A model generated the notes under the pieces. The model was not told the origin of the DNA. It saw only the letters and a list, made by a program, of their open reading frames with translations, and ran no database searches. This document shows, piece after piece, positions 13,574 through 27,732 of a stretch of 64,000 nt of DNA; the stretch's first letter is position 1, and each line of letters starts with the position of its first letter. The stretch covers positions 26,536,001-26,600,000 of the forward strand of contig OX597824.1 of NCBI GenBank assembly GCA_951406725.2. Reading direction: 5' to 3'. Made by a program: the position numbers and the translations under genes. Source of the stretch: Octopus vulgaris (lineage: Eukaryota).

Positions 13574-14183
13574 GAGGGCATGAAACTGTGCCATTCAGGT
13601 CTAAATTTATCCTTTATGTTTCAAAGCGACCTCCTAGATATAGCAGCCAACATTAAATTCTATAGCTATTCCGACCCTTTCCAGGTAAAACTTAAAAGTA
13701 ATACAAGAACAATTAAAAACTCCAAAAATAAGTTCGTTTCTCCGATAAGGCTAATAACTGCTTCACGATTGTATCTTTCGTAAACATACAAAGCAGAACA
13801 CTAATAAAAGCAGAACACTAATAAAAGCATATATATGGTGAGGCCAAACACCTCGCAAAAAATAACCGAATGTAAAATAGTACATAAAAGTGTCTGAAAA
13901 TATATGTGTCTGTCGAATTATGGATATGTTTATATATTTACATATATGAATACAATACATGTGTACATAAAAATTGATTGGTCAGACGTGTGTGTGAGTG
14001 TGCATGTGGATGTGTGTGCGAGGGTGTGCAGGCGCATGAGAGTACGTGTTAAATGTGCTAAGGATATACAATTGGCCAGATATACAATAAAAAAGTTTCT
14101 TTTAAAAAGTGTGACACACACATTATATATATTTATATATAAGCATTTATATATGCATATATATATATGTATATATATATATT

Positions 14184-14242
<59 letters not shown>

Positions 14243-14253
14243 GTATGTATGTA

Positions 14254-14285
<32 letters not shown>

Positions 14286-14411
14286 CATATAATATATATG
14301 TATATGTATGTGTATATATATAAATATATACATATATACTTATATATGTATATATACAATATATATTTATGCAAAATATGAAGTAGAAAGGTTATGTGCT
14401 ATCGTAAAATG

Positions 14412-14450
<39 letters not shown>

Positions 14451-14599
14451 GCATACACATATACGAACTCATATATATATATGAAATGCTTGCATACATT
14501 TGTCTATATGCCTGTACACGTACATATATGTATACATATACTTATATTCTATACATTCATATTTAACCCACTATATATACATACGTATATATATATATG

Positions 14600-14630
<31 letters not shown>

Positions 14631-14663
14631 ATATGCGTATGTATATATGTATGTATATATATG

Positions 14664-14696
<33 letters not shown>

Positions 14697-15605
14697 CCTT
14701 ATGTAAATATATATAAATATATATATATATAAATACTCTTTTCTATGACACTCCCGCTCGACATACTCTCTCAATTTGTGTGTATGTGGACACACACACA
14801 CATGCATACATACATATACATCCATCCATCTATACATCCATTCATACATATATGTATATAGCCGAGAGGAAATTAGAAAATACAATCTGGGAATTATTTG
14901 ATAATTATCAAATAATTGATAAGGGGAAGAAAACGTTGCGAAGCAATTCCAAAGATCACCAAAATAATAAAAAAAAATCGAGGTCAGTTGTGGACCAAAT
15001 GTCTATATGTGAGTGTATGTGTGTGTATGTATGTGGCTGCGTATACCTGTGTGTTCGCGCATATACGATGGATCATGTCACACAGATTATTAGTATGTGG
15101 TATAAGACTAAATTGAGACACAATATCTACCTAGGAAAGTCTCGAATAAGAACACAGAAAACGACAACAACAACAGCAAAAACAACAACAACTGGAACAG
15201 CAACAACAAGAGCTGTAGCAAAAATAAAGAAGACAAACTACGACAATATCAAGAATATTCACACGATATCAATAATATCAATGACAAGAGCGACGAAATT
15301 CTTAATGTTATCTTCATTGGCATTGACCACTAATAAGACTTGTAATGATACTTGGGGCTATAGACACACATAAACGCACACGTACACGCACATACATACA
15401 AGCATGCATGCTTACATATATAGATATCTACATACCTACCTACATACATACACACATACCTACATGCATATATACACACTTTTGCACAAAATCAAATGGC
15501 GAACTATATATATACCGATATATATTTATACATATATATGCATATGCATACGTACATATATATATATATATATATATATTTATACATATATATGCATATG
15601 CATAC

Positions 15606-15652
<47 letters not shown>

Positions 15653-15883
15653 TAGGTGTTTTTATGCATCTATACGTATATGTATGTAAGTATATATATA
15701 TACACGTTTACTTATACATATATATATATACATACAAATATACATATACATTTACTAAAAGGGCGCTGTAAGTCAACAAGAAGAAAAAAGCTGGTGTGTG
15801 TTTATGTGTCTGTATGTATGTATATGTGTGTATATATGTATGTAAAACACACACATATATATATATGTAGATACACACACACA

Positions 15884-15951
<68 letters not shown>

Positions 15952-16100
15952 AATATACATATACTGAAAGGGCGCTCTTAGTAAACGAGGAAAAAAGAGT
16001 TGGTGTATGTGGAAAAAGAGGGAAAGAAAAATTCTTCAACTTTTCCACGTTTGCGAACGGGGAATAGTGAAATTAGAAAACCAATGAAATTGTATGCCAA

Positions 16101-16165
<65 letters not shown>

Positions 16166-16201
16166 GTGAGTATAACGGCATGTGTGGGAGTGCAAAGTCC
16201 A

Positions 16202-16282
<81 letters not shown>

Positions 16283-16531
16283 ACACATACATACACACAT
16301 ATTCTGCAGAAAGTAAAGGAATTCTCCAACGCAGATAGACTGTGAAGACAGCCTAGAAAATCGGCTAAATGTGTATTTGTATGTATATACGTCTGTATAA
16401 TTATGTATGTAGACACATACGTAGATATATATATATACATATGTATGTATGTATATTTGCAATTCTGTTTGTGTGTCCACCGTATACGAATATACAATGA
16501 TACGTAGATAAATACATACATATCTATCTAC

Positions 16532-16608
<77 letters not shown>

Positions 16609-16716
16609 CCTGCTCGCTTAGCCAGCGGGGTGGCGTCGTTCGAAGGCTAAAACAATGCAAACGCATTGTGACCAGCGATGTGTAGCAACATCTTATGGTC
16701 TGGTCGGTTACGTGAT

Positions 16717-16763
<47 letters not shown>

Positions 16764-16827
16764 TGCCAGTCGCCACTACACACATTTTTTTCTCTCCTTG
16801 TTTCTCTCTTTGTTTCTTTCTGTGTTC

Positions 16828-16863
16828 CTTTCTGTAGAAGAGCGTAGGCTTGAAATGTAAAAC
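16828..16863 (+). ncRNA. Minimal HHR-like motif, CUGUNGA family
   Basis: CUUU CUGUAGA A GAGCGUAGGCUU GAAAU GUA AAAC. Confidence 0.55.
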
Positions 16864-17062
16864 ACTTTCTCAATTCCTGAGAGTTATACTAATACATCTG
16901 TTTGTTTTGTACACCACCTGTCTTCGTCTTTGGGTTTTTTTGTGAACTCTCTCCCTCACTTATATATATATATATTGAATCTATATTATATATATATATT
17001 ATAATATTATATTATATATATCTTATATATATATATAAATCTTGCACAACAAATATTTAAAC

Positions 17063-17227
<165 letters not shown>

Positions 17228-17538
17228 GCCGCCTCTTGAAATTTATAGAAAATCAAAAGACGAAGACAGGTGTTTGAACAACAAGCAAGTGTAATAGTTT
17301 GAGCTCGGGAAAATGAAAACGTACTTTACGTTTCGAGACTATGTCTATCAGGATTACAGCACATCCTTTGTCTGCTTCTTTAATTGTCAGTTCTTTGTCG
17401 TTTTGTAGTTCAATTAAATTTTTAGATTTTTTCCATTCTAGACTGTTATGGTTTGAATTAAGTTTTCGCTTATGGGAAAATTTGGATATGGTTGCAGAAG
17501 TCTTCTAATCTCTTCATTCAACTACTCATTTATGTGGA

Positions 17539-17586
<48 letters not shown>

Positions 17587-18405
17587 TCGTACATACATAC
17601 ATACATACATACATACATAGTACATACATACATACATACATACATACATACATACATACATACATACATCCGATATTTCATTTTAGTTAGATCTTCGTGG
17701 GGTTGGGGTAAATTTCAGTTCTTTAGCTAGTATACTGACTTTTGTTTCGAAACTATGTCTATCAGGACTACAGCACATCCTTTGTCTGCTTTATTAATTG
17801 TCAGTTTCCCTTTGTCGTTTTATAGTTCAATTAAATTTTTAGATTTTTTCCAATCTAGTCTAAAAAATGTTTACTGTAATTTGGCCGGTAGAAATTATCA
17901 ATGTTATTAATTATATTAGGATTTCTGGAAGGCTGGTTTTGCTGTCTGGGTAAAATAGTTGGAAGTACGTGGTTTGGGTTTGTTTGTTAGTATAACTTGT
18001 CAAGGTTCTTAATTATTTTTGAGATGATGAGAGTTTGGTTTTGCTGTCTGGGTAAATAGGTTGGAATTCCGTAGGTCGAATTTCTTCAATGAGGGGTAGA
18101 AGTCCCTTGGATGTTTCTAGTTGCTGGGTGAGAAATAATTACTCCTAACCCTAGGTTGGTTTCTTCTAGAATCCCTTATAAGTGAGTTGCTCTTATTCCT
18201 AGGTTGAGGGCGGTTTACTTCCAAGTGAGAAGTTAGTTTTGTGTGTTTGTGTTCTTTTAGATGTTTATGTATAAACGTTTTGCATTCATAAACTACATAA
18301 GGTTCCTTTTAAAAGTAGCTTCATAAGCTAGTAATTGTACAAATAAACGGCTATCTATATTGATTAATGCTGCTTTAAAAGTTGTTACAATATATTAAAA
18401 AAAAA

Positions 18406-18615
18406 GAGATGCAGCACGGATTTTTGTCAGTGAACAGGTCGCGGATTTTAGCGACGAAAATATTTTGACAAATTAAACTTAAATGTTGAAGTGAATCGAA
18501 CGGCTTTTGTGTGTTTCTTAAATGGCTAACAAACACCTTCCACGCTGCAATTGTTTTCGTTTCAGCACACGATCTCAGCTCAAATTACTTGCTATGCGAG
18601 TACATCTCCGTAATA
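18406..18615 (+). mobile_element. ~205-bp HHR element with TSD ATTAAAAAAAAA
   Basis: Same ends as the 19445 and 22075 copies; TSD at 18394-18405 / 18616-18627. Confidence 0.85.
18423..18472 (+). ncRNA. Type I HHR with G3-C8 core variant
   Basis: UUUGUCA GUGAACA G GUCGC ggauuuua GCGAC GAAAA UA UUU UGACAAA: 7-bp stem I, 5-bp stem II, palindromic stem III. Confidence 0.75.
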
Positions 18616-19444
18616 ATTAAAAAAAAATTGTGACCAAAAAAAAACAAAACAGTTCAGGAATTAATTATATTTTGAAGTTTTAGCTCAACTAAGGAATTTG
18701 TGGATAGATTGATCAAATGTAAGAAGTTAAGAGTACGTATGTGTATGATTTTTCGACATTATATACAAACTTAAACCTTAAATGTGTGGAAGATGGTATT
18801 TTTAGAATATTAGATATTTTAAATAAAGGATATAAATGTATATCTTTAAAGGATGGTAAAGGTTTCTTGTCTAATTGTAGATATAAGGGATATACTAATA
18901 TAGTAATAGAAAAATGAAAGAAATGGTTAGTTTTATTATTAATAATTCATTTGTAATGTTAGCAGGTAGGGTGTTTGAGCAGGTTAAGGGAATTCCCAAG
19001 GGTGGCAATTTTAGCTCCCTATTGGGGGACCTTTATTGTTCTTCATGGGAGTTGCTTTTTCTTAAAGACATATGTGCTAGGAAAAAGATGATTTGCTTAA
19101 ACAACTTGATGGATGCTGCAGAAACATAGATGATATATCTACACCTAATTATGGTTTCTTTGAATTTTTAATCAGAAAATTATACCCTAGAGAGCTGAGA
19201 GCCACCAGAAATGGTAACAATATAAGAAATATTAATTATTTAGATGTCAATCTAGGAATTAAGGATAATAATGAAATATGTACTGACATATATAATAAAA
19301 CAGAAGACATGGCGTCGATGCCATGGTTCAGTAGTAAAATTCCTTCTTTTATTGGTTATGGTGTTTTTGCGGGGCAAATTGTTAGATATAGTAAGTACTA
19401 TTATTAATAATGCTAATAAAATTTGGGAAAAGAATAAATAAACT

Positions 19445-19647
19445 TACGGAGATGTACTTGCATAGCAAGTGACCTGATCCGAGATCGTGTGCTTGAACGA
19501 AAACAATTGCAACGTGGAAGGTGTTTATATTCCATTTAAGAAACACACAAAAATCGTTAGATTCACTTCAACATTTAAATTTAATTTGTCAAAATATTTT
19601 CGTCGCTTTGAGACCGCGACCTGTTCACTGACAAAACTTCGTGCTGC
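19445..19647 (-). mobile_element. ~205-bp G3-C8 HHR element (HHR 19585-19635), TSD ATAAATAAACT
   Basis: TSD at 19434-19444 / 19648-19658; loop II differs while the stems are kept. Confidence 0.85.
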
Positions 19648-20850
19648 ATAAATAAACTGCTAAGACATTTAGTAAAACAAGGGTATAAATATGGTAAGCT
19701 GGTTAAAAATTTTAATCGCTGTTTACGTGGGAGATTGGACATTTTAAATAAATACGGGGTAATATCTAATCTTCAGCTTAGCAAATATTGGTAAGGATTT
19801 GCAACGTTTACGATTCAAGTTATTTTCTTACTACCTCACCAATATTGAGACACTTCAGGAAGTAGTGATTCCACACCACGTCATCAATATTTAGTTGGCC
19901 CTTTAAATTCTTGGTGATGGACCAGCGTGCCTGATTAAACATATAAGTGTTAATACCTGTAGTTTTATTGTCTTTTAAACAATTTAATTAGCTTTAAACA
20001 TAGCAAGATTTATAATAATAGATAATTACATGTACTTTTATTAGTTTCTATTTAATCAAATTTAATGTTTATGTTAGTTATTGGTAATTTAATATTATAG
20101 TTTGTAGTGGTGATATATTAATGAGTATGTAGTGTTTTATTTTTAACTTTTGAATGATGAAAGAATGTATTTCACTCATAAAAATATTAGTTAAATTAAT
20201 TTCAATCGTATTTGTTTTGTTTTGGAGAGATTTATATAAAGCTTTAACTTTCATTATAGTAGTATCTATGGAAGACTGGTGAGATTATTATTTGTATGGT
20301 CGCAATTTAGTATAAAATTTAGTTATTGCAGTTTATTGATTGAAATCATGTGGTTATTAAGCTTTTACTTTTATATTACACTACGGAAGACGGTAGGGAT
20401 TATAATTTTTGTATGACTTAATAGAGTTGTCGCTGTTTAGTTACATATTTAGGAATGGTTGTAATTTACTTATTGAAGTTATTTACCGATACGGTTGTAC
20501 ATAAGGGAAATGTTCTCGGAAGTTGTGGTTTCTGTGGTTTGTTTGTTCCCAACCAACAGTTATTTTTGTGCTGTTGACACCGCCGGATTGAATGGTACTG
20601 TGCAGGTCAAAATCATAATGATATTCGTGGGGCATCTGATGATGGAGGTATGTTGGATTGTTGGTATGGCTGTGGAATAGTATTATAACACATCCTTTTT
20701 GATATACATATATATATATATATATATATATTTACATATATACATATACAAACATACATACATACATACATACATACATACATACATGCATACATGCATG
20801 CATGCATGCATACATATATATATATATATTTATATATATATATATATATA

Positions 20851-21174
20851 AATTAATCAATTTAGGGTAGCAAAAAATTCAATAGAAATTTATCGCTACC
20901 AGTGGTCTAGTGGGAAAGAGAAAATAGTCAAAGACTATATATATAAATTCAACAACAATTAAGGAATGGCCTTAATAGGCCATTCAGCCCACTAGAAGAA
21001 GCAGCCAGGACTCAAACCGCTAAGTAGTAGTAATTCAGAAATTAAATGAAAATTTAAAAACATAAAGATGAATTAGGGTAAATGTTTTTAAAATTTCATT
21101 TAATTTCTGAATTACTACTACTTAGCGGTTTGAGTCCTGGCTGCTTCTTCTAGTGGGCCGAATAATTGTTGTTG

Positions 21175-21175
<1 letters not shown>
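20851..21175 (-). mobile_element. Fold-back element (arms 20982-21064 / 21083-21163) between (TA)n tracts
   Basis: Inverted repeat; ACCAGTGGTCTAG motif and TAGGG end shared with the 6250 and 1072 elements. Confidence 0.75.
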
Positions 21176-21226
<51 letters not shown>

Positions 21227-21227
21227 A

Positions 21228-21567
<340 letters not shown>

Positions 21568-22074
21568 GGTGCAGGAGTGGGCTGTGTAGTAAGAAGCTTG
21601 CTTCTCAACCACATGGTTTCGGGTTCATTCCCACTACGTGATACCTTGGGCAAATTTCTTTTACTTTAAGTAACAAGTAGCCATTTAGAATTAAATCCAT
21701 TGGGAGTTGTCAGCTATGTTCCAGTTGATTGTGATAAATTAATGTCAGACAACCTCCCAGACTCTTAATTTAATGGGGCCATATATCTAGCTTTATCTGC
21801 ATAAAAAATATGTCTCAGAGCTACTAGTGAGAGAATGACTGATGGGGAAAGGGTGATAACTAGAAGGAAGGAAAGATATGGGAGGCTACTACTTATCTAA
21901 ATTATCAAATAAAGGGGGAATATAGCGAAAACAAAAGAGGTAAAAATAAGCTCTAAGGATGGGAATTAGAATTGGGGGACACGAGATGTAGTAATTCGTA
22001 ACTTGGCAAATATATTATATTAAATTTAGAAAAGAATTATAGTTCAATATATTTAGGAAAAGAATAGAAACTAA

Positions 22075-22279
22075 TTACGGAGATGTACTCGCATAGCAAG
22101 TAATTTGATCTGAGATCGTGTGCTGAAACGAAAACAATTGCAGCGTGGAAGGTGTTTATAAGCCATTTAAGAAACACACAAAAGCCGTTCGATTCACTTC
22201 AACATTTAAGTTTAATTTGTCAAAATATTTTCGTCGCTAAAATCCGCGACCTGTTCACTGACAAAGTCCGTGCTGCATC
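22075..22279 (-). mobile_element. ~205-bp G3-C8 HHR element (HHR 22216-22265), TSD TAGAAACTAA
   Basis: TSD at 22065-22074 / 22280-22289. Confidence 0.85.
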
Positions 22280-23380
22280 TAGAAACTAAACTTAAAATCT
22301 AATAATGGGGTACTTTAATATTATGAGAAATTTCGTAAAGTCTTCCTTAAGCATTCTGTTAAGGTGGTTATGATAAAGCCATTCCACAATGAATTTATAA
22401 ATGAATTAAATTATCATCTGAGTAGGAGTACATAGTACATAATAAATCAAAACAAGGATTATTATTCTCATTACAGGTGGATAAATATAAGACATCGAAA
22501 ATAAGGAATCGAGTGTTCTCACTGTCATGTTCTTGTTACCACTTTCATACCACATATGTACATACCACATATATATGTAGGTATGTACATATATGTATGT
22601 ATATATGCATATATTTATATATTATTTATATTATTATATGATCGAACGCTACGCATCCTTTTCCAAGTAAGTTTTATCTTAATAATTACGATGCGTACTC
22701 TTCTATCTTTACTATCTCTTCCCTGTCTATCTCGCTCCCTCTCTTGTTCGTCATCCTTTCTGATTTTCTCTCCCACCCTTCCCTATTCTTCTCCTCTCCT
22801 CTTCACCGTTCCTTTTCTCTCGCTCCTCCTCCTCGACTCTCTCGTCGCTGACACGTAACGAAAGAATCTACCTTCCTAGCCACAACCTTCGTAAAGACTA
22901 AACGTGCTTATACTGTCTCCTTCATAAGCTCATCTTCATAAGCGTTCATAATAATTCTTCTGTCCTCTTGGCTTAACAGCCCTCACCGTTTGTTTTTACT
23001 GTTTTGTTTTCTGTTTTTTACTGGTTTTACTTTTTCCTTGTTTTTACTATTTTGTTCTCATTGTCCTGTGTTTGTTACCATTTTCACCCCCCCCGCAAAA
23101 AATCCCGAATTCCTTTCAATTTACTTTGCGGGAAGGATTGTTCAAACGAAGTCGCGTCTTGTCCTTGCCTTCGGAAACGTGGAGTAGATGAAACAGGGAC
23201 AACTGAAGAAGGGAAATATTCTTTATGTTGTATATCTCGCTTCTCTGTTTGTTTGTTTTTCGTTGTTCGAAAAAAAGTTCGTTTCTATGTTTTTGTTTTT
23301 AAGTTTTCGTTTCTCATTGTGTTCAACGTTTTTTTGATGTCCTGTAGCCATATGTATGTATACATATATATGTATGTATG

Positions 23381-23501
<121 letters not shown>

Positions 23502-23693
23502 GTATCTGAAAAATGTTGCAAATATACACACAAGTAGGAAAACGTATAACGTATACTGGCAGACGGAAGATAGACACAGAAGTTCTTCAGTCAGTGCATT
23601 CAATATACGATTTTTTCTTGTTTGTGTATTTACAATACATTTTTTCAATTATTAAATAACGGGACGTAACGCGGCCTGGCTTTTGTTAAGTGT

Positions 23694-23752
<59 letters not shown>

Positions 23753-23755
23753 ACG

Positions 23756-23996
23756 AGTTATGATAAACCTACGAGTTTCGGATGCCGAGGTGGAAATCCA
23801 CGCCGCCATCTCTTCAATTATCCGGCCATCGGATAACTGAAGATATGGTGGCGTGGATTTCCACCTCGGCATCCGAAACTCGGAGGTTTATCGTGGCTAC
23901 CGAATAATTGTCACGTATTACATTTACTAATAAATTCCTCTATTTACATAATATCGAGGTCCCTTTCATTCTTTTGTTGTCTTACCATTTTTATCA

Positions 23997-23997
<1 letters not shown>
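23756..23997 (+). mobile_element. Palindromic HHR-like element (arms ~23756-23824 / 23830-23898)
   Basis: GAUAA CUGAAGA ...stem II... GAAAC UCGGAG GU UUAUC; the cleavage-site nucleotide appears lost (degenerate). Confidence 0.7.
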
Positions 23998-24032
<35 letters not shown>

Positions 24033-24046
24033 TTGTGTGCGTGTGT

Positions 24047-24078
<32 letters not shown>

Positions 24079-24448
24079 CTGAGTCTGTGTGCTTGCGTCT
24101 GTGCAGTATTAGTCTCCCGTCACTGATTGACAACTGATGTAGATGTGTTTACGTCCCGTAACCAAGCGGTTCGGCAAAATCACTCGATAGAATAAGTACC
24201 AGGCTTTAAAACAAGGAGATAGAGTTGATTCATTCAGCTAAAAAGTCTTCAAGCCGGTGCTGCAGCATGGCCGCAGTCTAATGGTTGAAACAAAAAATAA
24301 TATATGATTTATATACAAACATACATCGATATGCCTGTACACACACATTCACACACACACACACACACAGGCATACACACACACACACACTCACACACAC
24401 ACACACACAAACCAAATACATAATACACAGCTCACCATCTTGATGATG

Positions 24449-24584
<136 letters not shown>

Positions 24585-25016
24585 AATGATGATGATGATG
24601 AATATAAAATCGTATTTATTATAAAAAATTCTTATTACTGTTTTGTTTTTGCTTGATTCAAAGTATTTCTGTTTTATTAAATAGTTGATCTCTGTAATTA
24701 TAATAGAATTTCGACCAAATTGGCAAAATGAAGGCCGGAAAATTCATTTAATTTGTGTTGGCCTCTAATTAGAATATTTGCTGTAATTGCTAATTACGAT
24801 TTTATCCAGTTGATACACTTAATTGTAATTATCATTTGTAGGATTATTTTCTCTTTGTCTCTGTATCAACACAAACATTTGGTTCACACACACACACACA
24901 CACACACACACGCGCGTATAAACATGCAGTGAGTGAGGGAGAGAGAGAGAGAGAGAGAGATTCATATACATGAAAATACCCGCCCCCAAAATCATCCGCA
25001 TTCATCTCTCTCTCTA

Positions 25017-25082
<66 letters not shown>

Positions 25083-25925
25083 ATTTTGTCTAGTTGTGCA
25101 TCAATAGGACGAATTTTGAAAGGGTTGTCTTTCGTAGATTTGAACCATGTTTCTTTTCTTTGATTAATTTTTTTTATTTGTTTCAGTCATTCGGCAGCGG
25201 CCATGATGGGGCAGTATCTCAAACGGCTTAGTCGACCAATGCCTTGTGAATGAATTCGGTAAACGTAAACTACGTGGAAGATACAGACAATATATACTTC
25301 CACATCCACACAAGCACAATACTTGAACACAGACAATACACACATACACACAACACACACAACACGCACACACAACACACATAGACAAAGATAACTTCCT
25401 CCCACATGCATACACTCTACACATGCACACTATTTGCTCGCAGTGACATACACACACACATTCACACGCATGCACATGTACACACACGATGCGTAATAGC
25501 ACACATCAACTGCTACACACAACACACACGCACGTTACACACGCACACATACACGTTAAAATCACTGGCCCCCATTCACAAATACACACACACACACTCA
25601 CAAACACTTCTCTCATACAAACAAACGCTTGAGCACCTCGTCTTGTTGAGATTACCATGAATCATCTTTCCTTCATTCAACATCTCTTTATTATTATCTC
25701 CCTTTCATTCAACCTCTTTTTCTTCGAATCATTCACCATGTTGGACCACTGAACTCAACACATTTTTTTCTTTCTCTTTCTATTTATTTCTTCTTATTTC
25801 TTTCTGTCGAAGAGTGTAGGCTTGAAACGTAAAAAAACCCAAACATTTCCATTTTTCCCTAACGCCGAACCAAAACACTTGGATGTTGTCCCTAAACCTA
25901 TCTTCGTTTTTTCCCTATAAATTTG

Positions 25926-25953
<28 letters not shown>

Positions 25954-25960
<7 letters not shown>

Positions 25961-26209
25961 TTAGAGACAAAACCACTCTTATGCAAATCAAACAAAGAAA
26001 GACTTAAGTCAATACATAAAAAATTTTATATTTAATTTATATAAATTTTTTTATGTATTGGCTTAAGTCTTTCTTTGTTTGATTTGCATAATAGTGGTTT
26101 TGTCTCTAATTAATATAATATAATATTTTACTATAAAATGGGATTCAATCCTAAATCTGATTTTTCCCTGTAAATTTGGATTTATTCCCTAATATTTATT
26201 ATTATTATT

Positions 26210-26215
<6 letters not shown>
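25954..26215 (+). mobile_element. Fold-back element (arms ~25954-26020 / 26048-26116) between (TA)n tracts
   Basis: ATTAATTAGAGACAAAACCACT... inverted; 3' end TTCCCTAATATT. Confidence 0.7.
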
Positions 26216-26245
<30 letters not shown>

Positions 26246-26339
26246 TCACACTAGGAGGGACAAAGTCATTACTACCAAAATTATACTAATCATACCCAAA
26301 TGCAGTTTTTCAAAGCAAGACATTTAAAAAATGAATTTA

Positions 26340-26395
26340 GTTCTGTATCACCGTGATTTCACATACAACTTACGTCTAATGATCGTCAGCAGAAC
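26340..26395 (-). ncRNA. Type I HHR (second copy 26820-26875)
   Basis: Reverse complement of the 27353-27408 motif. Confidence 0.85.
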
Positions 26396-27352
26396 TGATT
26401 CTGAACACATCATAAATAAACTACCAACCTTACGTAGCGAAGACGAACAGACAACTGCTCACTCCGGCCAAGCACATGGAATGTTTATAAATCATATATC
26501 CGGTAAATGGCGGGCTTTTTACGAACTGCATGTCGGGTAATGGAAAGTATTTCGGAATAAGTTTAACAATTAAGGATAATCTCTTAATAAGGGATCTTAA
26601 CAAGAAATTATCGGGTAGCTAGCGTGAAAACCTCATAAAAGAAAAGAATCCGAAAATAATTTTTTTTCTTTTGAACAAATTAATTATATCTATATTGTAT
26701 AGAGGGCATTATTACACATAAATGCCTCACACTAGGAGGGACAAAGTCATTACTACCAAAATTATACTAATCATACCCAAATGCAGTTTTTCAAAGCAAG
26801 ACATTTAAAAATGAATTTAGTTCTGTATCACCGTGATTTCACATACAACTTACGTCTAATGATCGTCAGCAGAACTGATTCTGAACACATCATAAATAAA
26901 CTACCAACCTTACGTAGCGAAGACGAACAGACAACTGCTCACTCCGGCCAAGCACATGGAATGTATATAAATCATATATCCGGTAAATGGCGGGCTTTTT
27001 TACGAACTGCATGTCGGGTAATGAAAAGTATTTCGGAATAAGTTTAACAATTAAGGATAATCTCTTAATAAGGGATCTTAACAAGAAATTATCGGGTAGC
27101 TAGCGTGAAAACCTCATAAAAGAAAAGAATCCGAAAATAATTTTTTTCTTTTGAACAAATTAATTATATCTATATTGTATAGAGGGCATTATTACACATA
27201 AATGCCTCACACTAGGAGGGACAAAGTCATTACTACCAAAATTACCGGATATATGATTTATAAACATTCCATGTGCTTGGCCGGAGTGAGCAGTTGTCTG
27301 TTCGTCTTCGCTACGTAAGGTTGGTAGTTTATTTATGATGTGTTCAGAATCA

Positions 27353-27408
27353 GTTCTGCTGACGATCATTAGACGTAAGTTGTATGTGAAATCACGGTGA
27401 TACAGAAC
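27353..27408 (+). ncRNA. Type I hammerhead ribozyme
   Basis: GUUCUG CUGACGA UCAUUAGAC guaa GUUGUAUGU GAAAU CAC G GUG AUA CAGAAC; predicted cleavage after A27402. Confidence 0.85.
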
Positions 27409-27666
27409 TAAATTCATTTTTAAATGTCTTGCTTTGAAAAACTGCATTTGGGTATGATTAGTATAATTTTGGTAGTAATGACTTTGTCCCTCCTAGTGTG
27501 AGGCATTTATGTGTAATAATGCCCTCTATACAATATAGATATAATTAATTTGTTCAAAAGAAAAAAAATTATTTTCGGATTCTTTTCTTTTATGAGGTTT
27601 TCACGCTAGCTACCCGATAATTTCTTGTTAAGATCCCTTATTAAGAGATTATCCTTAATTGTTAAA

Positions 27667-27732
<66 letters not shown>

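Larger units (their letters stand above)
18300..19790 (+). pseudogene. Decayed Penelope-like reverse transcriptase (Naiad/Hydra-like), interrupted by two insertions
   Basis: YDFSTLYTNL (~18744), QVKGIPKGGNFSSLLGDLY, RNIDDI, YPREL, INYLDVNL, DIYNK, SSKIPSFIGYGVFAGQIVRY, KQGYKYGKL. Confidence 0.85.
26241..27670. mobile_element. Tandem ~480-nt HHR units (2.1 copies, HHR on minus) plus inverted 429-nt copy (27242-27670); retrozyme-like / non-autonomous PLE
   Basis: Unit starts recur at 26241, 26722 and 27202; near-identical copies; bounded by (TA)n. Confidence 0.9.

Noticed and set aside
17730-17765. CUGAC..GAAAC UAU GUC possible HHR relic (similar weak case at 46730-46780)
   Set aside because: Core incomplete and stem II absent.
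21660-22530. Possible decayed retroelement ORF hosting the 22075 insertion (similar case 41110-41560)
   Set aside because: Composition suggests coding decay but no diagnostic motif could be read.
26241-27243. CRISPR-like or satellite array
   Set aside because: Eukaryotic context, 480-nt units without spacers; better explained as HHR tandem units.
26331-27447. Repeated 69-95 aa ORFs (MNLVLYHRDF...)
   Set aside because: Antisense to the HHR, frame differs between near-identical copies, no recognisable domain.
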